DNA from: Eledone cirrhosa
Taxonomy: Eukaryota
Direction: 5' to 3'
Length of the DNA stretch: 64,000 bases
Assembly (NCBI GenBank): GCA_964016885.1
Contig: OZ024745.1
Span: 4,340,001-4,404,000, forward strand
Shown: positions 1 through 13,000 of the stretch, one piece after another
Layout of the letters: every line of letters starts with the position of its first letter
Numbering within the stretch: the first letter of the stretch is position 1
Notes under the pieces: model-generated
The model's database searches: none
Told to the model about the DNA's origin: nothing
Seen by the model: the letters and a program-made list of their open reading frames with translations, nothing else
Translations under genes and position numbers: made by a program

Positions 1-3000
1 CAGTGAACTGGAATAAAGTGAGAGTGTAGTGAACCAGAATAAAGTGAGAGTGCAGTGAACCAGAATAAAGTGAGAGTGCAGTGAACTGGAATAAAGTGAG
101 AGTGCAGTGAACCAGAATAAAATGAGAGTACAGTGAACTGGAATAAAGTGAGTGCAGTGAATCAGAATAAAGTGAGAGTGCAGTGAACCAGAATAAAGTG
201 AGAGTGCAGTGAACCAGAATAAAATGAGAGTGCAGTGAACTGGAATAAAGTGAGAGTGCTGTGAATCAGAATAAAGTGAGAGTGCAGTGAACTGGAATAA
301 AGTGAGAGCGCAGTGAACTGGAATAAAGTGAGAGTGCAGTGAACCAGAATAAAGTGAGAGTGCAGTGAACTGGAATAAAGTGAGAGCGCAGTGAACCAGA
401 ATAAAGTGAGAGTGCAGTGAACTGGAATAAAGTGAGAGTGCAGTAAATCAGAATAAAGTGAGAGTGCAGTGAACCAGAATAAAATGAGAGTGCAGTGAAC
501 CAGAATAAAATGAGAGTGCAGTGTACTGGAATAAAGTGAGAGTGCAGTGAACCAGAATAAAATGAGAGTGCAGTGAACCAGAATAAAGTGAGAGTGCAAT
601 GAACTGGAATAAAGTGAGAGTGCAGTGAACTGGAAAAAAGTGAGAGTGCAGTGAATCAGAATAAAGTGAGAGTGCAGTGAACCAGAATAAAGTAAGAGTG
701 CAGTGAACTGAAATAAAGTGAGAGTGCAGTGAACTGGAATAAAGTGAGAGTGCAGTGAACTGGAATAAAGTGAGAGTGCAGTGAACTGGAATAAAGTGAG
801 AGTGCAGTGAACTGGAATAAAGTGAGAGTGCAGTGAACTGGAATAAAGTGAGAGTGTAGTGAACTGGAATAAAGTGAGAGTGCAGTGAACTGGAATAAAG
901 TGAGAGTGCAATGAACTGAAATAAAGTGAGAGTGCAGTGAACCAGAATAAAGTGAGAGTGCAGTGAATCAGAATAAAGTGAGAGTGCAGTGAACTGGAAT
1001 AAAGTGAGAGTGCAGTGAACTGGAATAAAGTGAGATTGCAGTGAACTGGAATAAAGTGAGAGTGCAGGGAACTGGAATAAAGTGAGAGTGCAGTGAACTG
1101 GAATAAAGTGAGAGTGCAGTGAACTGGAATAAAGTGAGAGTGCAGTGAACTGGAATAAAGTGAGAGTGCAGTGAACTGGAATAAAGTGAGAGTTCAGTGA
1201 ACCAGAATAAAGTAAGAGTGCAATGAACCAGAATAAAGTGAGAGTGCAGTGAACTGGAATAAAGTGAGAGTGCAGTGAACTGGAATAAAGTGAGAGTGCA
1301 GTGAACCAGAATAAAGTGAGAGTGCAGTGAACTGGAATAAAGTGAGAGTGCAGTGAACCAGAATAAAGTGAGAGTGCAGTGAACTGGAATAAAGTGAGAG
1401 CACAGTGAATCAGAATAAAGTGAGAGTGCAGTGAACTGGAATAAAGTGAGAGTGCAGTGAATCAGAATAAAGTGAGAGCGCAGTGAACCAGAATAAAGTA
1501 AGATTGCAGTGAACTGGAATAAAGTGATAGTGCAGTGAACTGAAATAAAGTGAGAGTGCAGTGAACTGGAATAAAGTGAGAGTGCAGTGAACTGGAATAA
1601 AGTGAGAGTGCAGTGAACCAGAATAAAGTGAGAGTGCAGTGAACCAGAATAAAGTGAGAGTGCAGTGAACTGGAATAAAGTGAGAGTGCAGTGAACCAGA
1701 ATAAAATGAGAGTGCAGTGAACTGGAATAAAGTGAGTGCAGTGAATCAGAATAAAGTGAGAGTGCAGTGAACCAGAATAAAGTGAGAGTGCAGTGAACCA
1801 GAATAAAATGAGAGTGCAGTGAACTGGAATAAAGTGAGAGTGCTGTGAATCAGAATAAAGTGAGAGTGCAGTGAACTGGAATAAAGTGAGAGCGCAGTGA
1901 ACTGGAATAAAGTGAGAGTGCAGTGAACCAGAATAAAGTGAGAGTGCAGTGAACTGGAATAAAGTGAGAGCGCAGTGAACCAGAATAAAGTGAGAGTGCA
2001 GTGAACTGGAATAAAGTGAGAGTGCAGTGAATCAGAATAAAGTGAGAGTGCAGTGAACCAGAATAAAGTGAGAGTGCAGTGAACCAGAATAAAATGAGAG
2101 TGCAGTGTACTGGAATAAAGTGAGAGTGCAGTGAACCAGAATAAAATGAGAGTGCAGTGAACCAGAATAAAGTGAGAGTGCAATGAACCAGAATAAAGTG
2201 AGAGTGCAGTGAACTGGAATAAAGTGAGAGCGCAGTGAACTGGAATAAAGTGAGAGTGCAGTGAACTGGAATAAAGTGAGAGTGCAGTGAACTGAAATAA
2301 AGTGAGAGTGCAGTGAACCGGAATAAAATGAGAGTGCAGTGAACTGGAATAAAGTGAGAGTGCAGTGAACTGGAATAAAGTGAGAGTGCAGTGAACCAGA
2401 ATAAAGTGAGAGTGCAGTGAACTGGAATAAAGTGAGAGTGCAGTGAACCAGAATAAAGTGAGAACGCAGTGAATTGGAATAAAGTGAGAGTGCAGTGAAC
2501 CAGAATAAAGTGAGAGTGCAGTGAACTGGAATAAAGTGAGAGTGCAGTGAACTGAAATAAAGTGAGAGTGCAGTGAACTGGAATAAAGTGAGAGTGCAGT
2601 GAACTGGAATAAAGTGAGAGTGCAGTGAACCGGAATAAAATGAGAGTGCAGTGAACTGGAATAAAGTGAGAGTGCAGTGAACTGGAATAAAGTGAGAGTG
2701 CAGTGAACTGGAATAAAGTGAGAGTGCAGTGAACTGGAATAAAGTGAGAGTGCAATGAACTGAAATAAAGTGAGAGTGCAGTGAACCAGAATAAAGTGAG
2801 AGTGCAGTGAATCAGAATAAAGTGAGAGTGCAGTGAACTGGAATAAAGTGAGAGTGCAGTGAACTGGAATAAAGTGAGAGTGCAATGAACTGGAATAAAG
2901 TGAGAGTGCAGTGAACTGGAATAAAGTGAGAGTGCAGTGAATCAGAATAAAGTGAGAGTGCAGTGAACCAGAATAAAGTAAGAGTGCAGTGAACTGAAAT

Positions 3001-5702
3001 AAAGTGAGAGTGCAGTGAACTGGAATAAAGTGAGAGTGCAGTGAACTGGAATAAAGTGAGAGTGCAGTGAACTGGAATAAAGTGAGAGTGCAGTGAACTG
3101 GAATAAAGTGAGAGTGCAGTGAACTGGAATAAAGTGAGAGTGTAGTGAACTGGAATAAAGTGAGAGTGCAGTGAACTGGAATAAAGTGAGAGTGCAATGA
3201 ACTGAAATAAAGTGAGAGTGCAGTGAACCAGAATAAAGTGAGAGTGCAGTGAATCAGAATAAAGTGAGAGTGCAGTGAACTGGAATAAAGTGAGAGTGCA
3301 GTGAACTGGAATAAAGTGAGATTGCAGTGAACTGGAATAAAGTGAGAGTGCAGGGAACTGGAATAAAGTGAGAGTGCAGTGAACTGGAATAAAGTGAGAG
3401 TGCAGTGAACTGGAATAAAGTGAGAGTGCAGTGAACTGGAATAAAGTGAGAGTGCAGTGAACCAGAATAAAGTGAGAGTGCAGTGAACCAGAATAAAGTA
3501 AGAGTGCAATGAACCAGAATAAAGTGAGAGTGCAGTGAACTGGAATAAAGTGAGAGTGCAGTGAACTGGAATAAAGTGAGAGTGCAGTGAACCAGAATAA
3601 AGTGAGAGTGCAGTGAACTGGAATAAAGTGAGAGCACAGTGAATCAGAATAAAGTGAGAGTGCAGTGAACTGGAATAAAGTGAGAGTGCAGTGAATCAGA
3701 ATAAAGTGAGAGCGCAGTGAACCAGAATAAAGTAAGAGTGCAGTGAACTGGAATAAAGTGAGAGTGCAGTGAACTGAAATAAAGTGAGAGTGCAGTGAAC
3801 TGGAATAAAGTGAGAGTGCAGTGAACTGGAATAAAGTGAGAGTGCAGTGAACCAGAATAAAGTGAGAGTGCAGTGAACCAGAATAAAGTGAGAGTGCAGT
3901 GAACTGGAATAAAGTGAGAGTGCAGTGAACCAGAATAAAATGAGAGTGCAGTGAACTGGAATAAAGTGAGTGCAGTGAATCAGAATAAAGTGAGAGTGCA
4001 GTGAACCAGAATAAAGTGAGAGTGCAGTGAACCAGAATAAAATGAGAGTGCAGTGAACTGGAATAAAGTGAGAGTGCTGTGAATCAGAATAAAGTGAGAG
4101 TGCAGTGAACTGGAATAAAGTGAGAGCGCAGTGAACTGGAATAAAGTGAGAGTGCAGTGAACCAGAATAAAGTGAGAGTGCAGTGAACTGGAATAAAGTG
4201 AGAGCGCAGTGAACCAGAATAAAGTGAGAGTGCAGTGAACTGGAATAAAGTGAGAGTGCAGTGAATCAGAATAAAGTGAGAGTGCAGTGAACCAGAATAA
4301 AGTGAGAGTGCAGTGAACCAGAATAAAATGAGAGTGCAGTGTACTGGAATAAAGTGAGAGTGCAGTGAACCAGAATAAAATGAGAGTGCAGTGAACCAGA
4401 ATAAAGTGAGAGTGCAATGAACCAGAATAAAGTGAGAGTGCAGTGAACTGGAATAAAGTGAGAGCGCAGTGAACTGGAATAAAGTGAGAGTGCAGTGAAC
4501 TGGAATAAAGTGAGAGTGCAGTGAACTGAAATAAAGTGAGAGTGCAGTGAACCGGAATAAAATGAGAGTGCAGTGAACTGGAATAAAGTGAGAGTGCAGT
4601 GAACTGGAATAAAGTGAGAGTGCAGTGAACCAGAATAAAGTGAGAATGCAGTGAACTGGAATAAAGTGAGAGTGCAGTGAACCAGAATAAAGTGAGAACG
4701 CAGTGAATTGGAATAAAGTGAGAGTGCAGTGAACCAGAATAAAGTGAGAGTGCAGTGAACTGGAATAAAGTGAGAGTGCAGTGAACTGAAATAAAGTGAG
4801 AGTGCAGTGAACTGGAATAAAGTGAGAGTGCAGTGAACTGGAATAAAGTGAGAGTGCAGTGAACCGGAATAAAATGAGAGTGCAGTGAACTGGAATAAAG
4901 TGAGAGTGCAGTGAACTGGAATAAAGTGAGAGTGCAGTGAACTGGAATAAAGTGAGAGTGCAGTGAACCAGAATAAAGTGAGTGCAGTGAACCAGAATAA
5001 AGTGAGAGTGCAGTGATCTGGAATAAAGTGAGAGTGCAGTGAACCAGAATAGAGTGAGAGTGCAGTGAACCAGAATAAAGTGAGAGTGCAGTGAACTGGA
5101 ATAAAGTGAGAGTGCAGTGAACTGGAATAAAGTGAGAGTGCAGTGAACTGGAATAAAGTGAGAGTGCGGTGAACTGGAATAAAGTGAGAGTGCAGTGAAC
5201 TGGAATAAAGTGAGAGTGCAGTGAACTGGAATAAAGTGAGAGTGCAATAAACTGGAATAAAGTGAGAGTGCAGTGAACCAGAATAAAGTGAGAGTGCAGT
5301 GAATCAGAATAAAGTGAGAGTGCAGTGAACCAAAATAAAGTGAGAGTGCAGTGAACTGGAATAAAGTGAGAGTGCAGTGAACTGGAATAAAGTGAGAGTG
5401 CAGTGAACTGGAATAAAGTGGGAGTGCAGTGAACTGGAATAAAGTGAGAGTGCAGTGAACTGGAATAAAGTGAGAGTGCAATGAACTGGAATAAAGTGAG
5501 AGTGCAGTGAACCAGAATAAAGTGAGAGTGCAGTGAATCAGAATAAAGTGAGAGTGCAGTGAACCAAAATAAAGTGAGAGTGCAGTGAACCAGAATAAAG
5601 TGAGAGTGCAGTGAATCAGAATAAAGTGAGAGTGCAGTGAATCAGAATAAAGTGAGAGTGCAGTGAACCAAAATAAAGTGAGAGTGCAGTGAACTGGAAT
5701 AA
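1..5702. repeat. 26-bp satellite array, consensus CAGTGAACTGGAATAAAGTGAGAGTG (about 219 units; runs off the window start)
   Basis: Direct tandem periodicity of 26 bp with AACTGG/AACCAG/AATCAG variants. Ends abruptly at ...ggaataaa|tactgagac. Confidence 0.98.
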
Positions 5703-6208
5703 ATACTGAGACATCTAATACTACACTCTAACAACTCTTCCAATTTGCTGCTTGCTGTTATTTCATGTTCTGTTCGTCTCTCAAAATACCACAGCCAAAT
5801 CTTGTTGTGTTGACCTTATTTTGAAATCACTATTTTCACTTTTAAATCGCAAAGTTTCATTTTGAAATGCTTAATCTCACTTTGAATTGGATATGCCTCA
5901 CTTTGAACTGGTAGGTTCACACTTTGAATTACAAATGCTATTATTCTGTCGTTGTTTCTATTCTTTGTTGATTCTTTTCAGAGTTAACTATAAACAGTCA
6001 AAGGAAATTTTGTTTAAGGATGCAGTAGAATTACATCATTGTCATATTGTAGATATACGACAGAACTTTGACATTTTATAATATACAATACCATAAAGAA
6101 AAGAGCGAATATAACTGTGTGTGTATTTTAAATGATTATCATGATTGTTACATGAGGTAATTGTAACTTATTTATGGTTAACCTTTTAATCCATTAAATT
6201 TCTTGAGA

Positions 6209-6636
6209 TGGTCATGGGGCCAGAGTCCTCAAACATTCCCTCCCGCGGGTCCTGTCAGAAGCAACCGTCTCCAACAGATCCAGCTGGATCTCCAAACGTG
6301 ACCAGCCAAGCTCATGGATGTTATCCAACCATCTTGCTAGGGGTCTACCTCTAGGTCTCCTGCCGGTTGGTTTTGCCTGTAAAATCTGTCCAGCAATTCT
6401 TCCTGAGACATTTCAGCCACATGTCCATAGTATCGGTGCTGTGATCTCAATTCGGAGAAGTAGCAACTCTACCTCGAGTGACTCTCTGATATTCGCACTT
6501 TATCGAGTAATGTTACTCCAAAGACAATTCGGAGGAACCCCATTTCGACAGCTTGTATTCGTGATTGTATTCTTTCGGTCATTACCCAAGATTCATGACC
6601 ATAGGTGAGGGTTGGCACGAATACCGAATTGAAGAC
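6209..6636 (-). mobile_element. Decayed RTE-clade LINE 3' fragment (Rex3/Expander-like, called family B here)
   Basis: The reverse complement reads YGHESWVMTERIQSRIQAVEMGFLR ... GRRPRGRPLARWLDNIHEL and matches the + strand fragments at 8.4, 21.9, 31.7 and 34.6 kb. Confidence 0.75.
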
Positions 6637-7769
6637 TAGGTTAGGGTTTAGGTAAAACTTGTTTAAAATTTACCCATTGTTTCTCGTAGCATTTTTAGAT
6701 TATTTAATATCTAAACAATTCTGTTTTCCTACGCCTAAAAATCTTGTACAACTACTTAGTGATTTCTTCGTCATTGTTTCGGCAAGTACGTAAGATGAGA
6801 ATGAAATATGTTCAGAGTTATCTCCCATACTTAGTTGGCTGTGATTTCGTTTTTTATTCTAATTGAATTTTTAAATTGATATCAGTACTTTAGTTTCGTA
6901 TAAGATTAAAATGATTTATAGAGTGTATTTTATAATTTACGTTGTTAAATGCAATGATTTATACATTAGTCCTTTTTGTATAAATAACATTAGAAATTGC
7001 ACAATTCTTTCAGAATATAAACACAAATAATAAATAGTTAATTATTGCTAGGAACCACACAAATATGACGCACCAAAATATATGATCAAAGCTAATAAAA
7101 GAAAGAAAGGAAAAAAAAATCTATTTATAAAGCAAACTAAATTAACGCATTTCTGTCAAATCATTTTCATTTTCAATGTAATAATTACAAAAGATTGTTG
7201 TCTAATGTTGAAAAATATCAAGTTTTTCACCAGATTTATAGTTTGGTACAACCGGCGAACAATTGACGTTCATAAATTATAAGTATGGAAACATACAAGA
7301 GATATAATCGAGATAGTATATCTGGATGACTTCATATGGCATCTATAATTTGGTGGAAGTGTTGGTGTATTTTAACACATATTTCTGAGGAGTATCCAAC
7401 TCATTGTTTGTTATTTGTCTTACCTTTATTAATTATTCTCAAATTTAATCTTCACATTCAGTAGTAGAAGAATTTAAAAGCGGAAATATTTTTCTTCTAG
7501 AAAATAGCGTTCTATTAGAAGGCCACCACAATATAAATGGAACATTAATTGACATTAACAAAAAAAATTATTGAGGAAATTGATTCAGAACAGAATATTT
7601 TTTATTGCTCTTAAGCCGATTATTCTTTTGACGAAGGGATTTTATCCCGAAATATAAGGACCAATAAACAACCCAACATTTTTGTTATATTTCTAACAAT
7701 CAATATCCAATTGTCGAGTCCAAGCTAGCTTATGACTGGTGCCGTTTTCGCTCTGGATGTAGCACAGCC

Positions 7770-8725
7770 AACCGAATATTCACACTGCGGCAGGTATTTG
7801 AAAAATCCTGGGAGTATTGCCAAGAGGTATATTCTTGTTTTGTAGACCTCGAGAAGGCATATGACCGCCTCCCTCAGGACCTGCTGTGGAAGGTTCTGCA
7901 GGAGTATAGGATTGATGGTCAGCTTCTTGTTGCCCTGATGACTCTATACAAATGCCCAAGTATTTGTGTTCAGATAAATGGTGCTAAATCGAAGCCATGG
8001 GAGTCTGACTGTGCCAAGTGTGCATACTGTTACCTCTTCTATTCATTGAGGTTAACTTTGCTTTTCATCCTTACGGGGTCGATAAAATAAAGTACCAGTA
8101 ATGCACTGAGTAATTGCTGGCCTTGTGCCAAAAGGAGAAACAATTATTTATATGAACAGGATATGGCGGTGGATTGGCAGTATCGGTAGAGGGTCGGACG
8201 CCATGCTTTTCCGCATAGAGTTACGGCCCTTTATGATCTGAGTTTAAATCCCGCCGAGGTTAACTTTGTCTTTCATCCTTACGGGGTCGATAAAATAAAG
8301 TACCAGTCACGCACTGGAGTCAATTTCATCGACTTCCCCCCAAAAAATTGTTGGCCTTGTGCCTAAATAAGAAACCATTATTTATATGAACAGGATTGAC
8401 ATGTGCAGCTGGGGTGGAATTGGTATCATGACTGGTGGGTGTAGAATCAGTCGGCTAGAATTTGAGAGATCACAGCTCCAATACTATGGGCATGAGGTTA
8501 GAATATTTCAGGAAAGAATCACTGGACATGTTTTATGGGCAAAACCAACCGGCTGGAGACCCAGAGGTAAACCCCGAGAAAGATGGTTGGATAACATCCA
8601 TGAGCTTGGTTGGTCTTGCTTGGGGATCCAGCTGGATCAGTTCGAGACGGTTCCTTCTGACAGGACCTGCTGGAAGGAGTGTTTGAGGACTCTGCCACCA
8701 CGGCCTTCTCAGGAATAAGTGGAAG
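7770..8725 (+). mobile_element. Decayed family-B RTE LINE with RT remnant, interrupted by SINE insertions
   Basis: From about 7808 it translates WEYCQEVYSCFVDLEKAYDRLPQDLLWKVLQEY (RT motif). ORF 8386-8718 carries YGHEVR...GWRPRGKPRERWLDNI (RTE C-terminus). Internal deletions and frameshifts. Confidence 0.75.
8166..8384 (+). mobile_element. tRNA-derived SINE (type 1) with a flanking direct repeat; a partial copy lies just upstream at 8048-8150
   Basis: Box A-like TGGCAGTATCGG, box B-like GAGTTTAAATCC, body CTTTCATCCTTACGGGGTCGATAAAATAAAGTACCAGT. ATTATTTATATGAACAGGAT occurs on both sides (about 8143 and 8377). Confidence 0.8.
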
Positions 8726-8920
8726 AAAAAGAATATCTAATTCACATTGTGGGTCCCTAATAAAACATTATTTTCTAGACTTGACACAATTTTACAAGCA
8801 AACTACAACACCCTGTTACATTTCTTTTAATTTCACCTTGACATTTCTGGTGAATACATCATGTCAGCTACAAAAGTATTTATAGAATTGACTGCTTTCT
8901 TCACATTTCTATTATGAAAC

Positions 8921-9110
8921 TGCGGTGGATTGGCAGTATCGGTAGAGGGTCGGACGCCATGCTTTCCAGCATAGTTACGTCCCTTTACGATCTGAGTTCA
9001 AATCCCGCCGAGGTTGACTTTGCCTTTCATCCTTACGGGGTCGATAAAATAAAGTACCAGTAATGCACTGGGTAATTGCTGGCCTTGTGTCTAAAGTAGA
9101 AACAATTATA
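8921..9110 (+). mobile_element. tRNA-derived SINE (type 1)
   Basis: TGGCAGTATCGG ... GAGTTCAAATCCCGCC ... GCCTTTCATCCTTACGGGGTCGATAAAAT; near-identical to the copies at 8166 and 14240. Confidence 0.82.
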
Positions 9111-9394
9111 TCTCTGATATATATATTCTGATTATATCTCTGATAACGTTCCATACTTACGATTCATAAACGTCAATTCTTGTTGCCTGTTCTACAACAT
9201 GTAATTGATAAGATATTTAAGGCTTCAAGTATTTAAATGATAACACTTATTTAAAACGACTAAAAACAATGTTCAGATTATGATTTCTTCTAAAATAATC
9301 AATAAACCTATATCTACCTTTTTATCTATAAAATCTATTATGATGCAATAAACACATAATATTTCGTTGTCAAATCATTTTTATTAAATTCTCT

Positions 9395-9442
9395 GTGTTC
9401 CGGTGACACATGCGCACTATTGCTTTAGAGCAACATGGCTGA
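9395..9442 (+). promoter_or_regulatory. Putative housekeeping-type core promoter/5' end of TARS1
   Basis: ETS-like TTCCGGT (9398-9404), NRF1-like CATGCGCA (9409-9416) and YY1/Kozak-like AACATGGC overlapping the ATG, in a locally CpG-richer patch. The transcription start is not determined. Confidence 0.45.
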
Positions 9443-9494
9443 GGAAGGATTAACGCAATCTATGGAAGAGATCAACATTTCCAAAGAGAAAAAG
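9435..9494 (+). CDS. TARS1: TARS1 exon 1 ([20 protein letters not shown]), probable GC donor
   Basis: Good Kozak context CAACATGG. The only phase-0 donor before the in-frame TAA is AAG|GCACGC. This N-terminal region is poorly conserved, so support is positional. Confidence 0.65.
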
Positions 9495-9965
9495 GCACGC
9501 AGGATTATGTAAACTTTTACACTTCTTATTAATCTAGCAAAATTCAAAAAAATGCTTTCCTGGACACGTCTTTCTTCGTTGTCGCAGAGAATAGGATTGC
9601 GATACGCGAAGACTTTAACTAGGGTGTGTGTGAATTTCTCGTCACTAAGTTGGCGTGTGTTGATATCTTGTTAGCTTTAAACATTTTAGATTGTTCCATG
9701 TTAATGTTGTGTGAGATTCCTGTAGTAGATCTAGTTATTTCAACTAACCCTTTTGCATGTTAACAATTCTGTGTATGCTCAGTCCATTCTCTACTTCTTC
9801 GTCTATTCCATACTATAACATAAACCGTTATTACATTACCTAAAATATTTCACCGTGTATATATATATATATATATTCCAAATGCAATGCAGAAAATAAC
9901 TAATAACTCGATCGCAATAAATAAGTGAGAATGTCAGGTAAAATACCGCAAGAGGCGTAAAGTGT

Positions 9966-10002
<37 letters not shown>

Positions 10003-13000
10003 AGAGAGAATCACATCTTATTTACTCATACATGTGACATTATAAATGTACAAAAATAAAAAAAGTCAGTATTATTATATTCTCTGTATTAATCAATCGA
10101 TTTACTTTTCTTTGCCCTACGTGGACAGTTTTACGTAGAGGTCGATCAAATATCTGTCATGTTTACTTTCTTTACACATTTTACTTATCATGAGAGAATG
10201 AAGTTTCATCTAGTCTTGATCTCCCTTTTCCTTGCTCATACATTCCATACTCGGCATAGTTTCTATATTAACGCCAATCACCCTACAGGGGGCACTGGGT
10301 GTGTTTTTCGTGGCACCAGCATTACCACTTTACAGAGTGTACATGGTGCATTTTATCGTGGCACTTGAGAGGTTGTTACATACTTATCTTGACTGAAGGA
10401 TCCTCTCAAACTTTGTATTGTCTTTATTGCCAACAATATTACCTCTGGCCATTCACTACACATTTACGTTTGTGTTACAGTGTTTGGGAATAAATGACAA
10501 GAGGACACTGAAAGATATTTTACAAACAACTTCAACTAAACATAAATATTTTGTGAGAGAATGGTGAACACTTAAGAACTGTTTCTAAGAGAGAGAATGG
10601 TCAACTCAGAATCAGTGATGGAGTTTGAAAGAAGATTCTATCATGTCTTGAAGTACAAAGATTCAACCACAAGACAAAAAATATGTAGCTATTGTGACTA
10701 CCATCAATTTAACAGACCTGTCAACTCTCTCTGTCTGACAGGGAGATCTCCCACCCACTCCGAGGTGGGTGAGTAATGTCTTCTCTTGTGAAAATGGATA
10801 TAGCTTTCATTTTGTAAAATCTTCCCATTTTGCCTCATTTCTCCCCGTTTTGGGGCACTTATTTTTATGTTGCTTCCCGTTTAGGTTTTTAGAAGTTGGC
10901 AGGTCTGATTTAAGAACTGGTACCACACAGTTGAGGTAGCCCAACTATTAAATGCCACAAGCTGAGATGCTGAAAGCCTCCGGTACGGTGGGACACACCA
11001 TGGTCACCCGGATAGTAAACCAAGTCATACAGAATGGGGTTGTTCCGAAGGACCGGCGTAGCAGCATCATCGTTAACTGTTACAAGGGTAAAGGAGACGC
11101 CCTAGATAGGAGTAACTATAGAGGCATTAAATTAATCGACCAGGTCATGAAGGTCACGGAAAAAGTAATAGCGCAACTAATCAGAGAGAGAATTGATCTA
11201 GATGAAATGCAGTTCGGGTTTGTGTCAGGCAAAAGTACCACAGACGCTCTTTTCATCGTACGACAACTAAAGGAGAAGTACCTAGCTAAAAGTAAACCCC
11301 TATACTTAGCTTTTGTCGACTTGGAGAAAGCCTTCGACAGAGTCCCCCGTTCCATTATCTGGTGGGTTCTTAGAAAACTAGGTGTTGACGAATGGCTTGT
11401 GAGAGCCATACAAGCCATGTATGAAGAAACAGTCAGCAAGGTTAGAATTAACAACGAATATAGTGAAGAGTTTAGCGTAAAAGTCGGTGTCCATCAGGGC
11501 TCTGTTCTTAGCCCCCTACTATTTATTATTGCCCTTCAGGCTATAACAGAGGAGTTCAAGACCGGCTGCCCATGGGAACTCCTATACGCAGATGATCTAA
11601 CGCTCATAGCTGAATCAATGGCCGAGCTAGAGAAGAAATTCCAAACATGGAAGCACGGCCTAGAATCAAAAGGCCTTAAAATTAACCTGGCTAAGACTAA
11701 AGTTCTAGTTTGTAGGAAAGAAAATAAGGCGCCGGTCCCCTCCGGGAAATGGCCATGCTCAGTGTGTAGGAAAGGCGTAGGTAGAAACTCCATTTTATGT
11801 CCCAAATGCAAAGTATGGGTGCATAAAAGATGTAGTGGGATCACAGGTAAGCTAACTAAGAACACAGATTTTACATGTGGCCGGTGCTCTGGTGCAATAA
11901 GTAGCAGCAAGTGCCCACAAAATACTAACTCTTTCAATTGCTCAGAGGGTTCTATAGAAATAGTGGACAGCTTCCGTTACCTGGGTGACAAAATCAGCAG
12001 TGGGGGAGGGTGCTCTGAAAGTACAGTAGCTGAAGTCAGAACTGGATGGAAAAAGTTCAGAGAGCTTATACCACTATTAGCTGCTAAAGGGTTCTCCCTA
12101 AAAATGAAAGGCAGGCTGTATGATGTCTGCATACGAACAGCAATGTTGCATGGCAGTGAGACCTGGGCATTGTGTGCAGAGGATATACGCAGACTAGAGA
12201 GGAACGAAGCTTGCATGCTCCGCTGGATGTGTAATAGTAATATACGTGAACGGCAAAGCATAAACGAACTAAGGAAAAAATTAGAAATAAGAGGGATCAG
12301 ATGTTGTTTACTCGAGAGAAGGCTGCGTTGGTATGGTCACGTGATGCGCATGAAAGACGACAGCTGTATAACAAAGTGCAGGGCAATAAAGATAGATGGT
12401 AGCCACGGAGTAGGCAAACCCAGGAAAACCTGGGACGAGCTGATAAATTCCGACCTCACACACTTACACCTCTCCAAGACAATGTCACTGGACCGAGACC
12501 TTTGGCGGTACTCAGTAACAGAGAAGACCCGCCTTACCTAAATACAAAGTAAAACCTACTAGTCAGTAGGCATCTCTAACAAAATACCCCCCCCCCCCCC
12601 CCCACCCCATCCACACCACCCCGTTCTATGTAAAGTTATGTTGGTGCCGCGCCATCCAGCCCGAAACAAATGAGATCGTGTAGGTGTCACGACAAAAAAA
12701 CACACAGTCCACGCTGTAATGTGGCCGTGTAGGCAACACGGTAAAAACCTCCCAGACCCAGACTGTAAATGTGGTTGGTGTTAGGAAGGGCATCCAACTG
12801 TAGAAAACCTGCCAGACAGTCCTATGCGAGCAAGACAACCACTCTTGCCTCAAGTGGGACTACCCCCGTCCAAACCCATGCAAGCGTGGAACAGGGACGT
12901 TAAACGATGATGATGATGATGAAGTGAATTACTAATATTTTTCCTAAGCACAGTACATGTCCACATTATTCAATGTCTTTTTCTAAGATTGGTGTGTGAT

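Noticed and set aside
162-5481. Long minus-strand ORFs (up to 587 aa, HSHFIPVHCTLTLF repeats)
   Set aside because: They are translations of the 26-bp satellite, whose minus strand happens to lack stops; they occur in all frames, and many of the listed starts are not ATG.
6636-6653. Telomere-like TAGGTTAGGGTTTAGG
   Set aside because: Only one exact TTAGGG; too short to call an interstitial telomeric repeat.
7495-7720. Dispersed similarity to 20980-21140 (AAGGGATTTTATCC.GAAATAT) and, in reverse, to about 32090-32170
   Set aside because: Probably an old unclassified repeat; its ends and family could not be defined.
10490-10740. Possible CR1/L2-type LINE tail remnant (ACAAGAGGACAC...)
   Set aside because: Too degenerate to support by eye.
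10952-12541. Autonomous active LINE or domesticated gene
   Set aside because: The copy is 5'-truncated with no endonuclease domain, and the ATG comes from flanking sequence. The open frame suggests a young insertion, not function.
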